From NCBI GenBank assembly GCA_963693365.1, contig CAVNZM010000005.1, forward strand, positions 3,306,202 to 3,370,201: DNA of 64,000 nucleotides, given 5' to 3'. Positions within the stretch are counted from its first letter, which is position 1; each line of letters opens with the position of its first letter. The notes under the pieces were generated by a model. That model was not told where the DNA came from, did no database searches, and saw only the letters and a program-made list of their open reading frames with translations. Position numbers and translations under genes: made by a program. Origin of the DNA: Amoebidium appalachense. Taxonomy: Eukaryota > Protista > Ichthyosporea. Positions 53,166 through 63,689 of this stretch are shown piece by piece.

Positions 53166-54674
53166 TCAGACCGAATGGTCATCGTCACTGGAAGTCACAG
53201 GCCTCCGTGTGCGGAGCACCGTTTTCTTGCCCGATGGTCTTTCTTTCTTGCCCTGCCCTGCACGACTGCTTTCTTTCCGCTTCTTCTCATCCTCCTCTCT
53301 GGCTGCTTCGTCGAGAATCTTATCTATTGATTCCTTGGGCCTTTCTCTCTCTCCGCCCCGGAACCGTTTGGGCACATTCCCACCTGAATCCGCCCCCCTC
53401 TTCAGCCCGAGCCCGGTTTTTGTGTGGGGACTGGACATCATGGGGTCTGTGCGAGCGGGGGCACTCTGAATAGGACGTTGGTGGGGGCGGGCAACGGATG
53501 AACGACCGGATTGGGTAGCGCTAGAGGGGGGGGGGGGGAGTATCTCCTCGACGTCGGATGTTTGTGTGTGGGGATTGGACATCATGGGGTCTATGTGAGC
53601 GGGGGCACTCTGAATAGGACGTTGGTGGGGGCGGGCAACGGATGAACGACCGGATTGGGTAGCGCTAGAGGGGGGGGGGGGGAGTATCTCCACGTCGGAT
53701 GTATGGGGGGAGCGTTTCAGGCCCAAAAGCAGTTTTTGTGTGCTCTCCTTGACTGTCTTTCGATAGGTTTTCTGCAGGTCTGCCATCTCTGACTCGACTT
53801 TTGCATTTTCCTCCTTCTGCCAGGCCACCTCATCCTGCAAGGATAACTTTTCGGCCGTCTCACTAATGAGCCGAGCTTCGAGTTCCTGAACCCTCTCAGC
53901 CAACAGGTTGTTCGTTGCAGAAGCAGTATATTTATCTTTGACTGCTGCTTCTTTGACCTCTCTAATCGTTTCTGTCAACCGTTTGTTTTCATCTTTCACC
54001 GTTTGCAACGCTTTCTCCGCATTTTCATATTTCTCTTTGTATTCGAGTAAGGTGGTGGTGGCGGCGGTGGTGGGTGTAGCAGGCACAGATGTCACGCCAA
54101 GTGAGGCTAAAGCCTGACTAAGTTGCAATGTCATTTCTGCCTGTAGTGCTTCCATAAGTCTATGGTCGATGGGAGCCGAAGAAACGTCCTTGTCGGTGGG
54201 GTCGGCGGGGGTGCCCTTTTTGTCGGTGGGGTCGGCGGGGTCGGCGGGGGTGCCCTTTTTGTCGGTGGGGTCGGCGGGGTCGGCGGGGGTGCCCTTTTTG
54301 TCGGTGGGGTCGGCGGGGTCGGCGGGGGTGCCCTTTTTGTCGGTGGGGTCGGCGGGGTCGGCGGGGGTGCCCTTTTTGTCGGTGGGGTCGGTGGGGTCGG
54401 CGGGGGTGCCCTTTTTGTCGGTGGGGTCGGCGGGGTCGGCGGGGGTGCCCTTTTTGTCGGTGGGGTCAGCGGGGTCGGCGGGGGTGCCCTTTTTGTCGGT
54501 GGGGTCGGCGGGGTCGGCGGGGGTGCCCTTTTTGTCGGTGGGGTCGGTGGGGTCGGTGGGGGTGCCCTTTTTGGGGTCGGTGGGGTCGGCGGGGTTTGTG
54601 GGGGTGCCCTTTTTGGGGTCGGTGGGGTCGGCGGGGTTTGTGCTTTGCCCGACCATTTGCGAGGCGCTATCCAT
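53166..54674 (-). CDS. Intronless 502-aa protein: 13-aa tandem repeats, coiled coil, basic tail
   Basis: ATG start; (KKGTPADPADPTD) about 12 times; heptad-like E/K-rich middle; duplicated ~43-aa block (SDVEILPPPPSSATQSGRSSVARPHQRPIQSAPA); NLS-like KRGADSGGNVPKRFR. Frame is kept through all repeats. Confidence 0.75.
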   Translation of the reverse strand: MDSASQMVGQSTNPADPTDPKKGTPTNPADPTDPKKGTPTDPTDPTDKKGTPADPADPTDKKGTPADPADPTDKKGTPADPADPTDKKGTPADPTDPTDKKGTPADPADPTDKKGTPADPADPTDKKGTPADPADPTDKKGTPADPADPTDKKGTPADPTDKDVSSAPIDHRLMEALQAEMTLQLSQALASLGVTSVPATPTTAATTTLLEYKEKYENAEKALQTVKDENKRLTETIREVKEAAVKDKYTASATNNLLAERVQELEARLISETAEKLSLQDEVAWQKEENAKVESEMADLQKTYRKTVKESTQKLLLGLKRSPHTSDVEILPPPPSSATQSGRSSVARPHQRPIQSAPAHIDPMMSNPHTQTSDVEEILPPPPSSATQSGRSSVARPHQRPIQSAPARTDPMMSSPHTKTGLGLKRGADSGGNVPKRFRGGERERPKESIDKILDEAAREEDEKKRKESSRAGQGKKERPSGKKTVLRTRRPVTSSDDDHSV

Positions 54675-55074
54675 GGTTCACAAATTCAAAAGAGGGGAAT
54701 GTGAAATAGAAAAGACTACCTAGAAAAACGTGGAGGTCAGAGTCAGACACTTCTTCCCAAAAAAAAAAAGATACGAACAAAAAAAAGTCGTCACTGAAAT
54801 AGAGATACGAACAAAAAAAGTCGTCACTGAATTATTTACAAAAAGCAAAGCAAACGAAAATTCTATCGCGTGCAAACACACCGTGAACTGAAAAAAACCT
54901 CTTACACAAAGCCAAAATAAAGCAAAATTCATTCATGTGCAAACGCGGCTGTGAACTGATCAAAAAGGCCATCACCGATGATTTTTAGAAGCAAAATGTT
55001 CTTATAAGGGGATCCATTGAGGACTGAGGACCGAGGACCAAGCTTTGCCAAGCCTTGTAGTGCATGAGATGTAA

Positions 55075-55345
55075 AATATTGTATCCACTTTGGGTATGAA
55101 GCGCTGGCGCTGGGTTTGTCGTATACTCCACTTCGGGGCTTTTGTATGCAGCGCTTATTTCCCCTCTTTTTGCACACACAGCTTTGCACACACAGCAACT
55201 GTCTTTTTATTGTATCCACTTTGGGTATGAAGCTTGGGCGCTGGGTTTGTCGTATACTCCACTTCGGGGCTTTTGTATGCAGCGCTTATTTCCCCTCTTT
55301 TTGCACACACAGCTCACACACACACGCACACACACACGCACACAC

Positions 55346-55398
<53 letters not shown>

Positions 55399-56350
55399 AT
55401 ATCCAATAGCATCTCATTCGCGGACTTCTTGGTGCTCTGATTGTTGGATCCACGTCAGTGATCGGGCACTGGCACTCCAGGCAGCGAATTTCATAATCTG
55501 ATTGTCCAATGGTCATCTCATTCGCGGACTTCTTTGTGCTCTGATTGGTGTATAACAGTTGGATCCACGTCAGTGATAGGGCACTGGCACTCCAGGCAGC
55601 GAATTTCATAATCTGATTGGCCATCTCATTCGCGGACTTCTCCGTGCTCTGATTGGTGTATAACAGTTGGATCCACGTGATAGGGCACTGGCACTCCAGG
55701 CAGCGCATGTCATAATCTGATTGGCCAAGTGCCCCATCGGCTCTTCAGATGCCGGATTCACAAAACGCTTTCCACACATAATTTTTGTATTAAGAAAGTG
55801 TATAATCAATTTATTTTGGTGCTTTTGGTATTTATTGGTACATATTAGCGATATATATTGCTTCGCGGAAGGGTCCTGGGGAGCAAGGGCGGTAATACTA
55901 TAATTAGCAGCCGAGTTGATAAGCCAGTTATCACGGGCGCGAATATTCCCAAATGCACGCGAATCATTCAGTGATTGTTGGATAGGGGCTATCGGGCACT
56001 GGTACTAAGGGCAAACGCGTGTCGGCCATGGCATGATCTGATTAGCCAATTTGATACGATGTTGCAAATCCTAAAGGCTTTTCGTAGACTGGTTTCAGAA
56101 AACGCTTTCCACACAAATTTCTAAGCAAATATTTGCATAATAAATATAAATTAATCATTTTGGGTATATTATTTTTATTGCTAAGTTATAACACTTAATT
56201 AGCCACAAATTTGGCTACGCAGAGGGGCAGCCGGGTCGGTGAAACGATCTTACTGATTGGCCAGTTATCACGTACGCGCGCCGAGTATTGCCCAATACAC
56301 ATTCCATTTTGCAATTGGGCAAACAGGACAAACTATTGATTGGTCAGCTA
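55075..56350. promoter_or_regulatory. Repeat-built intergenic region between divergent genes, rich in CCAAT-box (CTGATTGG) motifs
   Basis: ~130-bp duplication (55078-55310); ~100-bp unit x3 (55410-55725); diverged duplication 55760-55950 vs 56100-56295; many CTGATTG(G) motifs. A promoter role is inferred only from position. Confidence 0.5.
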
Positions 56351-56616
56351 TCATTTCAATGACATGATTGAAGCGCGCCACTTCAGTTCGTGTCACTTGC
56401 ACCCCGGCGCTGAAACTGTTTACGTTGCAAGCAGGCCAGAGTCAAAACAAAGAACGAGAACACAGACCTGTTAGTCTGTGCACGTCGCGCTTTTAGCTGC
56501 CTTTTCTTCTTTGAATACAGACACGTAGAATTTCCTTCACGTTTTTCCCGACACATTTTAAACACACACATTGTAGACTAGACGCGAGCGCAGCAGTGGC
56601 ACAAGCACACAGGCAG

Positions 56617-56675
<59 letters not shown>

Positions 56676-56768
56676 CGAGCGCGAGCGCAGCAGTGGCACA
56701 AGCACATAGCAAGCGCGCTCGCAGACGAGAAAAAGCTCACAATCAAACACAAAATACACACAAACAAC

Positions 56769-58176
56769 ATGGCTGCTACCAACGAACAGTTTCTGGCGCT
56801 CATCAATGATGCGTTCCAGAGTAGCATACAAGCAAACCCACCAACATTCATATTCTCGAAACATACTGATCCTACAATCATTTTTACGGGTGAAGAGCTA
56901 TTCACACGACAGGGTTTTAATCGTTATCAAAGAAAGAAGACGGCACCAATATTACACGCTGTGAAACCCAACGATTCAGATCATGTTTCGGTCTTCTTGT
57001 TTGAACTCAACGACGGGCGTCTGTATCACAGGAACAAATATCAGTTGCAACAACTCGAAAACAACAAGGGTATCAATACGACTATTGCTTGGATTCTGAA
57101 ATGGGGTGGCCCTCAATGGAGAGTTTACGATCTTGGCAGCTATCATGGAAACTCGGATGGTTTGGCGGCGATGCTCAGTCGACTTTCCACTTTCAGTGGC
57201 AGCCACGACTTAAGTCACATACCTGAAGTATCGGGTTCTTTGCCGGGGGAGAAACAAATTTTTTGGATATTCAAAAGGCTCGGATGGGAAGTGTGGTGGG
57301 ATGGGGCTGCACGCAGCCCTCCAGACAGACCTGCTGTCAAACTGCCGGCCCCGACGATTAACCACCCGAAAAAGCGGGCAAAAGTGGAGGTCCACAAGAG
57401 TGATGATGAAGGAGAGGGGGAAGAGGGGGTTGGAGAGGGAGAAGGGGGAGAGTGGAGAGGAGAGGGAGAAGGGGAAGAGGGGGTTGGAGAGGGAGAAGGG
57501 GGAGAGTGGAGAGGAGAGGGAGAAGGGGGAGAGTGGAGAGGAGAGGGAGAAGGGGGAGAGTGGAGAGGAGAGGGAGAAGGGGAAGAGGGGGTTGGAGAGG
57601 GAGAAGGGGGAGAGTGGAGAGGAGAGGGAGAAGGGGAAGAGGGGGTTGGAGAGGGAGAAGGGGGAGAGTGGAGAGGGAGAGGGAGAAGGGGGAGAGTGGA
57701 GAGGAGAGGGAGAAGGGGGAGAGTGGAGAGGGAGAGGGAGAAGGGGAAGAGGGGGTTGGAGAGGGAGAAGGGGGAGAGTGGAGAGGGAGAGGGAGAAGGG
57801 GGAGAGTGGGTTGGAGAGGGAGAAGGGGGAGAGCGGAGAGGAGAGGGAGAAGGGGGAGAGTGGAGAGGAGAGGGAGAAGGGGAAGAGGGGGTTGGAGAGG
57901 GAGAAGGGGGAGAGTGGAGAGGAGAGGGAGAAGGGGGAGAGTGGGATTTCCAGCCAGGTAACCCCCCCCCCCCCCCCACACACACACAACCAACCACCCA
58001 ATTACCCAACCACCTACACCACCATCACCCACACATTGAAGCCATCACACACCTGCACGCATGCATGCACCTCGGCTTATCCCCCCCCCCCCACACACAC
58101 ACACCACGGGAAGGCACCTGCACGCATGCATGCACCTAGGCCTATCCCACCCCCCATCCCCCCCCCCCCCGGCTCC

Positions 58177-58217
<41 letters not shown>

Positions 58218-58289
58218 ACGGGAAGGCACCTGCACGCATGCATGCACCTAGGCCTATCCCACCCCCCATCCCCCCCCCCCCCGGCTCCC

Positions 58290-58332
<43 letters not shown>

Positions 58333-58406
58333 ACGGGAAGGCACCTGCACGCATGCATGCACCTAGGCCTATCCCACCCCCCATCCCCCCCCCCCCCGGC
58401 TCCCCC

Positions 58407-58449
<43 letters not shown>

Positions 58450-58664
58450 ACGGGAAGGCACCTGCACGCATGCATGACACACACACACACACACACACAC
58501 CACGGGAAGGCACCTGCACGCATGCATGACACACACACACACACACACACACCACGGGAGGCACCTGCACGCATGCATGACACACACACACACACACACA
58601 CACCACGGAAAGGCACCTGCACGCATGTATGCACTCGGCTAAACCCCCCCCCCCCCTGGCTCCC

Positions 58665-58698
<34 letters not shown>

Positions 58699-58776
58699 AC
58701 GGGAAGGCACCTGCACGCATGCATGACACACACACACACACACACACACCACGGGAAGGCACCTGCACGCATGCAT

Positions 58777-58808
<32 letters not shown>

Positions 58809-58834
58809 ACGGGAAGGCACCTGCACGCATGCAT

Positions 58835-58866
<32 letters not shown>

Positions 58867-58892
58867 ACGGGAAGGCACCTGCACGCATGCAT

Positions 58893-58924
<32 letters not shown>

Positions 58925-58950
58925 ACGGGAAGGCACCTGCACGCATGCAT

Positions 58951-58982
<32 letters not shown>

Positions 58983-59008
58983 ACGGGAAGGCACCTGCAC
59001 GCATGCAT

Positions 59009-59040
<32 letters not shown>

Positions 59041-61686
59041 ACGGGAAGGCACCTGCACGCATGCATGACACACACACACACACACACACACCACGGGAAG
59101 GCACCTGCACGCATGTATGCACTCGGCTAACCCCCCCCCCCCCCCCCCCCCCCCCACACACACACGCACACACACGCACGCACACACAGAGCAAGAAGCG
59201 GGAGAGGTGGACAGGGGGCAACAACAAGACACTGAGACTGGGGAGGTGGCGGGGTTCAACGAGGTACCCGTAGCACATCTCCGCCAAATGCATCTAGAAA
59301 AGCTCTCCTTGGAGAAGATAGTTTTGTCAATCGAAAAAGAACACGAGTTTCGGGCAGCTGGTGCCGTCAAGTTCGTGCCTCCCGAGCCGGTAGTGCAGGG
59401 GCTGAAAAAGGCTGCTCAGGCCACACGAGTGAGAAAATCCTACACCCGGATTTGGGTGGAGGCTACCACCATCAGGGATGTCTTCCTCGTTTATAGGGAG
59501 GACATCATAGGGCAAATTCCAGAGGTGCGTATTTGCAACCACTAGGATGTGGTTACCATGAACAGGGGCTAACACGATTGGGCAGGGGGATCCGGTGGGG
59601 GAGGAGGAGTTTTGGAGGTTGTTGGACTCCCTATCGGATGGTGAAAAATCAATGTTCCTTTACGGAACAGATCTGAAGCCTCTTAAAAACACCCATACAC
59701 CCAGTGAGGTACGTATGTGTGCGGCGAAGATTTGTATGTTGTGTGTGTTTTTGCGGAGAGTGATGTTGTGCATGTGTGCGTGCGTGTGTTTGTGCGGAGA
59801 GTGTATGTTGTGCATGTGTGCGTGCGTGTGTTTGTGCAGAGAGTGTATGTTGTGCATGCGTGCGTGCGTGTGTTTGTGCGGAGAGTGTATGTTGTGCATG
59901 TGTGCGTGCGTGTGTTTGTGCAGAGAGTGTATGTTGTGCATGCGTGCGTGCGTGTGTTTGTGCGGAGAGTGTATGTTGCGTAGGCATGTGTGCGTGTGTG
60001 TAGGGATGCGTGCGTGCGTGTGTTTGTGCGGAGAGTGTATGTTGTGTAGGGATGCGTGCGTGCGTGTGTTTGTGCGGAGAGTGTATGTTGTGTAGGGATG
60101 CGTGCGTGCGTGTGTTTGTGCGGAGAGTGGATGTTGTGTAGGGATGCGTGCGTGCGTGTGTTTGTGCGGAGAGTGTATGTTGTGTAGGGATGCGTGCGTG
60201 CGTGTGTTTGTGCGGAGAGTGTATGTTGTGTAGGGATGCGTGCGTGCGTGTGTTTGTGCGGAGAGTGGATGTTGTGTAGGGATGCGTGCGTGCGTGTGTT
60301 TGTGCGGAGAGTGTATGTTGTGTAGGGATGCGTGCGTGCGTGTGTTTGTGCGGAGAGTGTATGTTGTGTAGGGATGCGTGCGTGCGTGTGTTTGTGCGGA
60401 GAGTGTATGTTGTGTAGGGATGCGTGCGTGCGTGGGGTGTATGTTGTGTAGGCATGCGTGCGTGCGTGGGTGTGCAGCGGAGAGTGTATGTTGTGTTGAT
60501 GCACTGTGGTGGGTATATGTAGGCATGCTGTGTGTTGTTGAATGGTGAACATGAAGGCACTAACAGGAGGGACAGGTGGTGAAGAAAGAAATCGACTACA
60601 TGTTCAGCTTGGAGACGCTTGACTCAATAGTATCAAGAGAATTCAAAGATCGTGTGGGCATCTCAACACCGATGCTCTATAAGTATGCCCCCCCCCCCCC
60701 CCCCCAAAAAAAAAAAAACAAATAATTAAACAAAGGAAAAAGGCAGGCTTGCAGAACGCCCCTTATGTTCACAGAACCATCCTGGGTGTGTGTATGGGTC
60801 GGTCTTTTCGGAATGTATTGGGCCACATCTAGTCGGAAGTAATTACTGTTTTAGCCCCAACTAATCCCATGCCTCTTTGCAGTGTCACGACTGGGGGTCC
60901 GATTGTGCTCCACACAGAAGACCTTCTACTTGGGAGTGTCAACATCATGGTCCGTGGGCCAGGAGAGAAAATCTGGTTCGTGATCAGTGCAGAGTACGAG
61001 GAACAGGTTACGTCTATCCTCGAGGATATCCACGAGAGACTTGAGCTTTCGGGGGCCGGTATCTGTAAGAAAGTCACACAGCATAAGGTAGGCCCCCCAC
61101 CAAAAAAAAAAAAAAAAAAAACAATAAAAAAAAACAATAAAAAAAAAAACGACCACACACACACAGTAACAGAGGACGAACAAGAAGAGGGAGAGAGGGA
61201 GTGGTAGATACAGACGTGAAGAACAAGTGGTAGACACAGACGTGAAGAACAAGTGGTAGACACAGACGTGAAGAACAAGAACCAAAAAAGCACTTACAAA
61301 AACGACCACCCGGGTTTTCATATGACTAACATTTGGGTGGGGCAGTCTGTGTTCATCCACCCCCGTTATTTGATGAAGAAGGGCATCCCCGTGCAGCGCA
61401 CGGTTCAGCACGCCGGTGAGGTCATCTGCACCTTGCCTGGAGCATACCACTTTGGGTATGCTGCTGGTAGCAGCTTGGCCGAGGCGGTAAATTTTGCCAC
61501 GGTCAACTGGCTTGTGGTCGCTGGCAAGAAGCCCCCCCCGGCATGCACGTGTGGCTACACTGACAGGGAACTCGTTTTCGAGGTACCCCCCCCCCCCCCC
61601 CAAAAAAAAAAAAAAAAAAAAAAAAAAACAAAAAAAAAACAAACCAAAAAAAAACAAACCAAAAAAAACAACAAACAAAAAAACAC

Positions 61687-61740
<54 letters not shown>

Positions 61741-62082
61741 ATGCCCTAGCATTCACAATTACATGTAGGGGTTCGTAAAAACGGTTTTTTGAGTCCTTGC
61801 AGAGTTTTTCTTGACCTGGTCCACACGTAGGAGTTCGTTTCCTGTGGGTGTGTGCCATGGTGGTGTATTGGTGGGTGCGTGGGTGTGTTTGAGGTAATGG
61901 CATACAGTGATGTCTGAGCCTTGCATAAACAAATCACCTGGCTGGACTACTACTTACACCCAACTATCAACCCACAGGTGTCCCATGCACAGTGGAAAAA
62001 GCTGAGAGAGAAGTACAAGGCTGACATCGAGCAGTTCGAGGAGGAGCTTGAGCAGTTCGAGGAGGAGCTTTTGAGTGGGTAG
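56769..62082 (+). CDS. Divergent KDM4/Rph1-like JmjN+JmjC histone demethylase with uncharacterised N-terminal domain (7 exons, 766 aa)
   Basis: Phase-consistent exons 56769-57957, 59190-59524, 59586-59708, 60576-60682, 60883-61087, 61346-61582, 61978-62082 (2301 nt). JmjN VPV…IE…GAVKFVPP; EEEFWR…YGTD; GISTPMLY; HTED…SVN…GEKIWF; C…QHK; [17 protein letters not shown]…AEAVNFA..W; CTC. Confidence 0.9.
58045..59130. repeat. Intronic tandem repeat: CACCACGGGAAGGCACCTGCACGCATGCATG plus variable (CA)n
   Basis: About 15 units in intron 1 of the JmjC gene. Confidence 0.95.
59740..60495. repeat. Intronic ~41-45-bp tandem repeat
   Basis: GTGTGTTTGTGCGGAGAGTGTATGTTGTGTAGGGATGCGTGCGTGC units fill intron 3 of the JmjC gene. 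Confidence 0.95.
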
Positions 62083-62091
62083 ACCACACAT

Positions 62092-62345
62092 GGTTTGTGG
62101 TGGGTGCGGTGGGGGAAACGTAGTTGTGGTGGTGGCGGCGGGTAGGCCCCACATTCACATCTTACTTAGGGTTTGTGGTGGGTGCGGTGGGGGAAACGTA
62201 GTTGTGGTGGTGGCGGCGGGTAGGCCCCACATTCACATCTTACTTAGGGTTTGTGGTGGGTGCGGTGGGGGAAACGTAGTTGTGGTGGTGGCGGCGGGTA
62301 GGCCCCACATTCACATCTTACTTAGGGTTTGTGATGGGTGTGGTG
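62092..62345. repeat. 78-bp tandem repeat x3.2 just after the JmjC stop codon
   Basis: Units start at 62092, 62170, 62248 and 62326. Confidence 0.95.
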
Positions 62346-62577
62346 GAGGAAAGACGTGGTACAAAGTTTTCATACCAAGTTTTCTGTAATGTTTATTCGA
62401 ATGTGATCTGCTTCAATCTTATCCAAATTTTCATGTATATTGTATTTGCCCGGTAACAGTACCAAGTTTCCGTAATGACTATTGAATGTATTTGCCCGTG
62501 GTAGCGGGAGAGACTCCATTTAATATACCCCAAGTCTCCTTTTCAATCTGTGTACGAGCACACTGGCACGTACATTG

Positions 62578-62678
<101 letters not shown>

Positions 62679-62881
62679 GATACACATGCTACCAAGTTTT
62701 CATTGAACGGTGTAGGGGAGGGGGGAGGGGGGGGGGGAGATAGACTCCAGCTCATCAAAATTAAACATCCCAACAGATTCTCTCGTCATTTACATTTTCC
62801 ATGTTTGTGGAGATTCTCTCGTCATTTACATTTTCCATGTTTGTGGTGTGAGTCCATTCATCCTTTGGCTTGTGTAGGTCT

Positions 62882-63142
62882 CTATGCATCCTCAGGCTCC
62901 ATCATCTTCTGCAGTACAATTGCTGTCTGTCGTTGATTCTTGGGCACCCACTTCTTGAATCCACACTTCTCCGCCAACTCATCGGGCAGATCTATATAGC
63001 CCTTTTCCGCAAGCTCTTGTGCATATACTCGTTGCTCCATCTGCGTCCGCCGGGTGGTGGCCTCGGTCGGCACAATAGTTGCCTGCACCACGGGTGCCTT
63101 GCCGGGCTCCTCCTTCAGCTTGTACTCCCATCGGTACGCCAT
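62882..63142 (-). CDS. Small intronless hypothetical protein (86 aa)
   Basis: MAYRWEYKLKEEPGKAPVVQATIVP…; non-repetitive; starts 36 bp after the stop of the upstream ORF. Confidence 0.6.
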   Translation of the reverse strand: MAYRWEYKLKEEPGKAPVVQATIVPTEATTRRTQMEQRVYAQELAEKGYIDLPDELAEKCGFKKWVPKNQRQTAIVLQKMMEPEDA

Positions 63143-63178
63143 ACTCTATGCCACAAAAATCTCTGCTCACCCAACCCT

Positions 63179-63572
63179 TCAAGTGCGCTCCTTGATCACC
63201 ACCGCAGGCGCATGCGCACACGTGGGGCACGCCGGGCACTTCTGCTCGGGCGGGCAGCGCGTGCATGCGGGGCACTGTGCGCACCGGGCGGGGCTGGCAC
63301 CGCACACGTGGCAGCGGGGGCAGTGCGCACACTTGCGGCGGGGAACGCAGCTGCCGCAGCTGGCACACATTGGGCACGCGCGCTGGCACTTGAGCACCGC
63401 CAGGCGCCGCCGCACACGTGGGCTGAACGTGTCCCAGAGCACGTAGAGGATCAGGCCGGCCAGGATGGCCAGTAGGATGGGGGAGGGCCCGGGGGTGCTG
63501 CGCGGGCTTGTGCGGATCGGGGGGAGGGGGTGCGAATGGGCTGGGTGGGGGAAGGGGTGCGCCAGCGTCCAT
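63179..63572 (-). CDS. Cys-rich (CxxC repeat) single-TM protein; probable frameshift near the 5' end
   Basis: ILLAILAGLILYVLW followed by CQRACPMCASCGSC…CAHCPRCHVC…CAQCPACTRC…CPACPTC. The ATG at 63572 (MDAGAPLPPP) is in another frame. GC-rich. Confidence 0.55.
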
Positions 63573-63689
63573 GTTACCCGGTGCACGATATAATGTGGGG
63601 TTGGGGTTGTGCGGGTAGATGGGAGGAGGGTTTTTTTGGGGGGGGGGGGGGGGGGGGGCGCTCATGAGCAAGGGTATGGTGATAGCGAT

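Noticed and set aside
54162-54723. Gly/Val-rich plus-strand repeat ORFs
   Set aside because: Antisense to the 39-nt repeat of the 502-aa ORF, which continues into non-repetitive coding sequence.
58045-59130. CRISPR-like look: 31-bp constant repeat with variable spacers
   Set aside because: The spacers are just (CA)n or poly-C, the array is inside a spliceosomal intron, and there are no cas genes.
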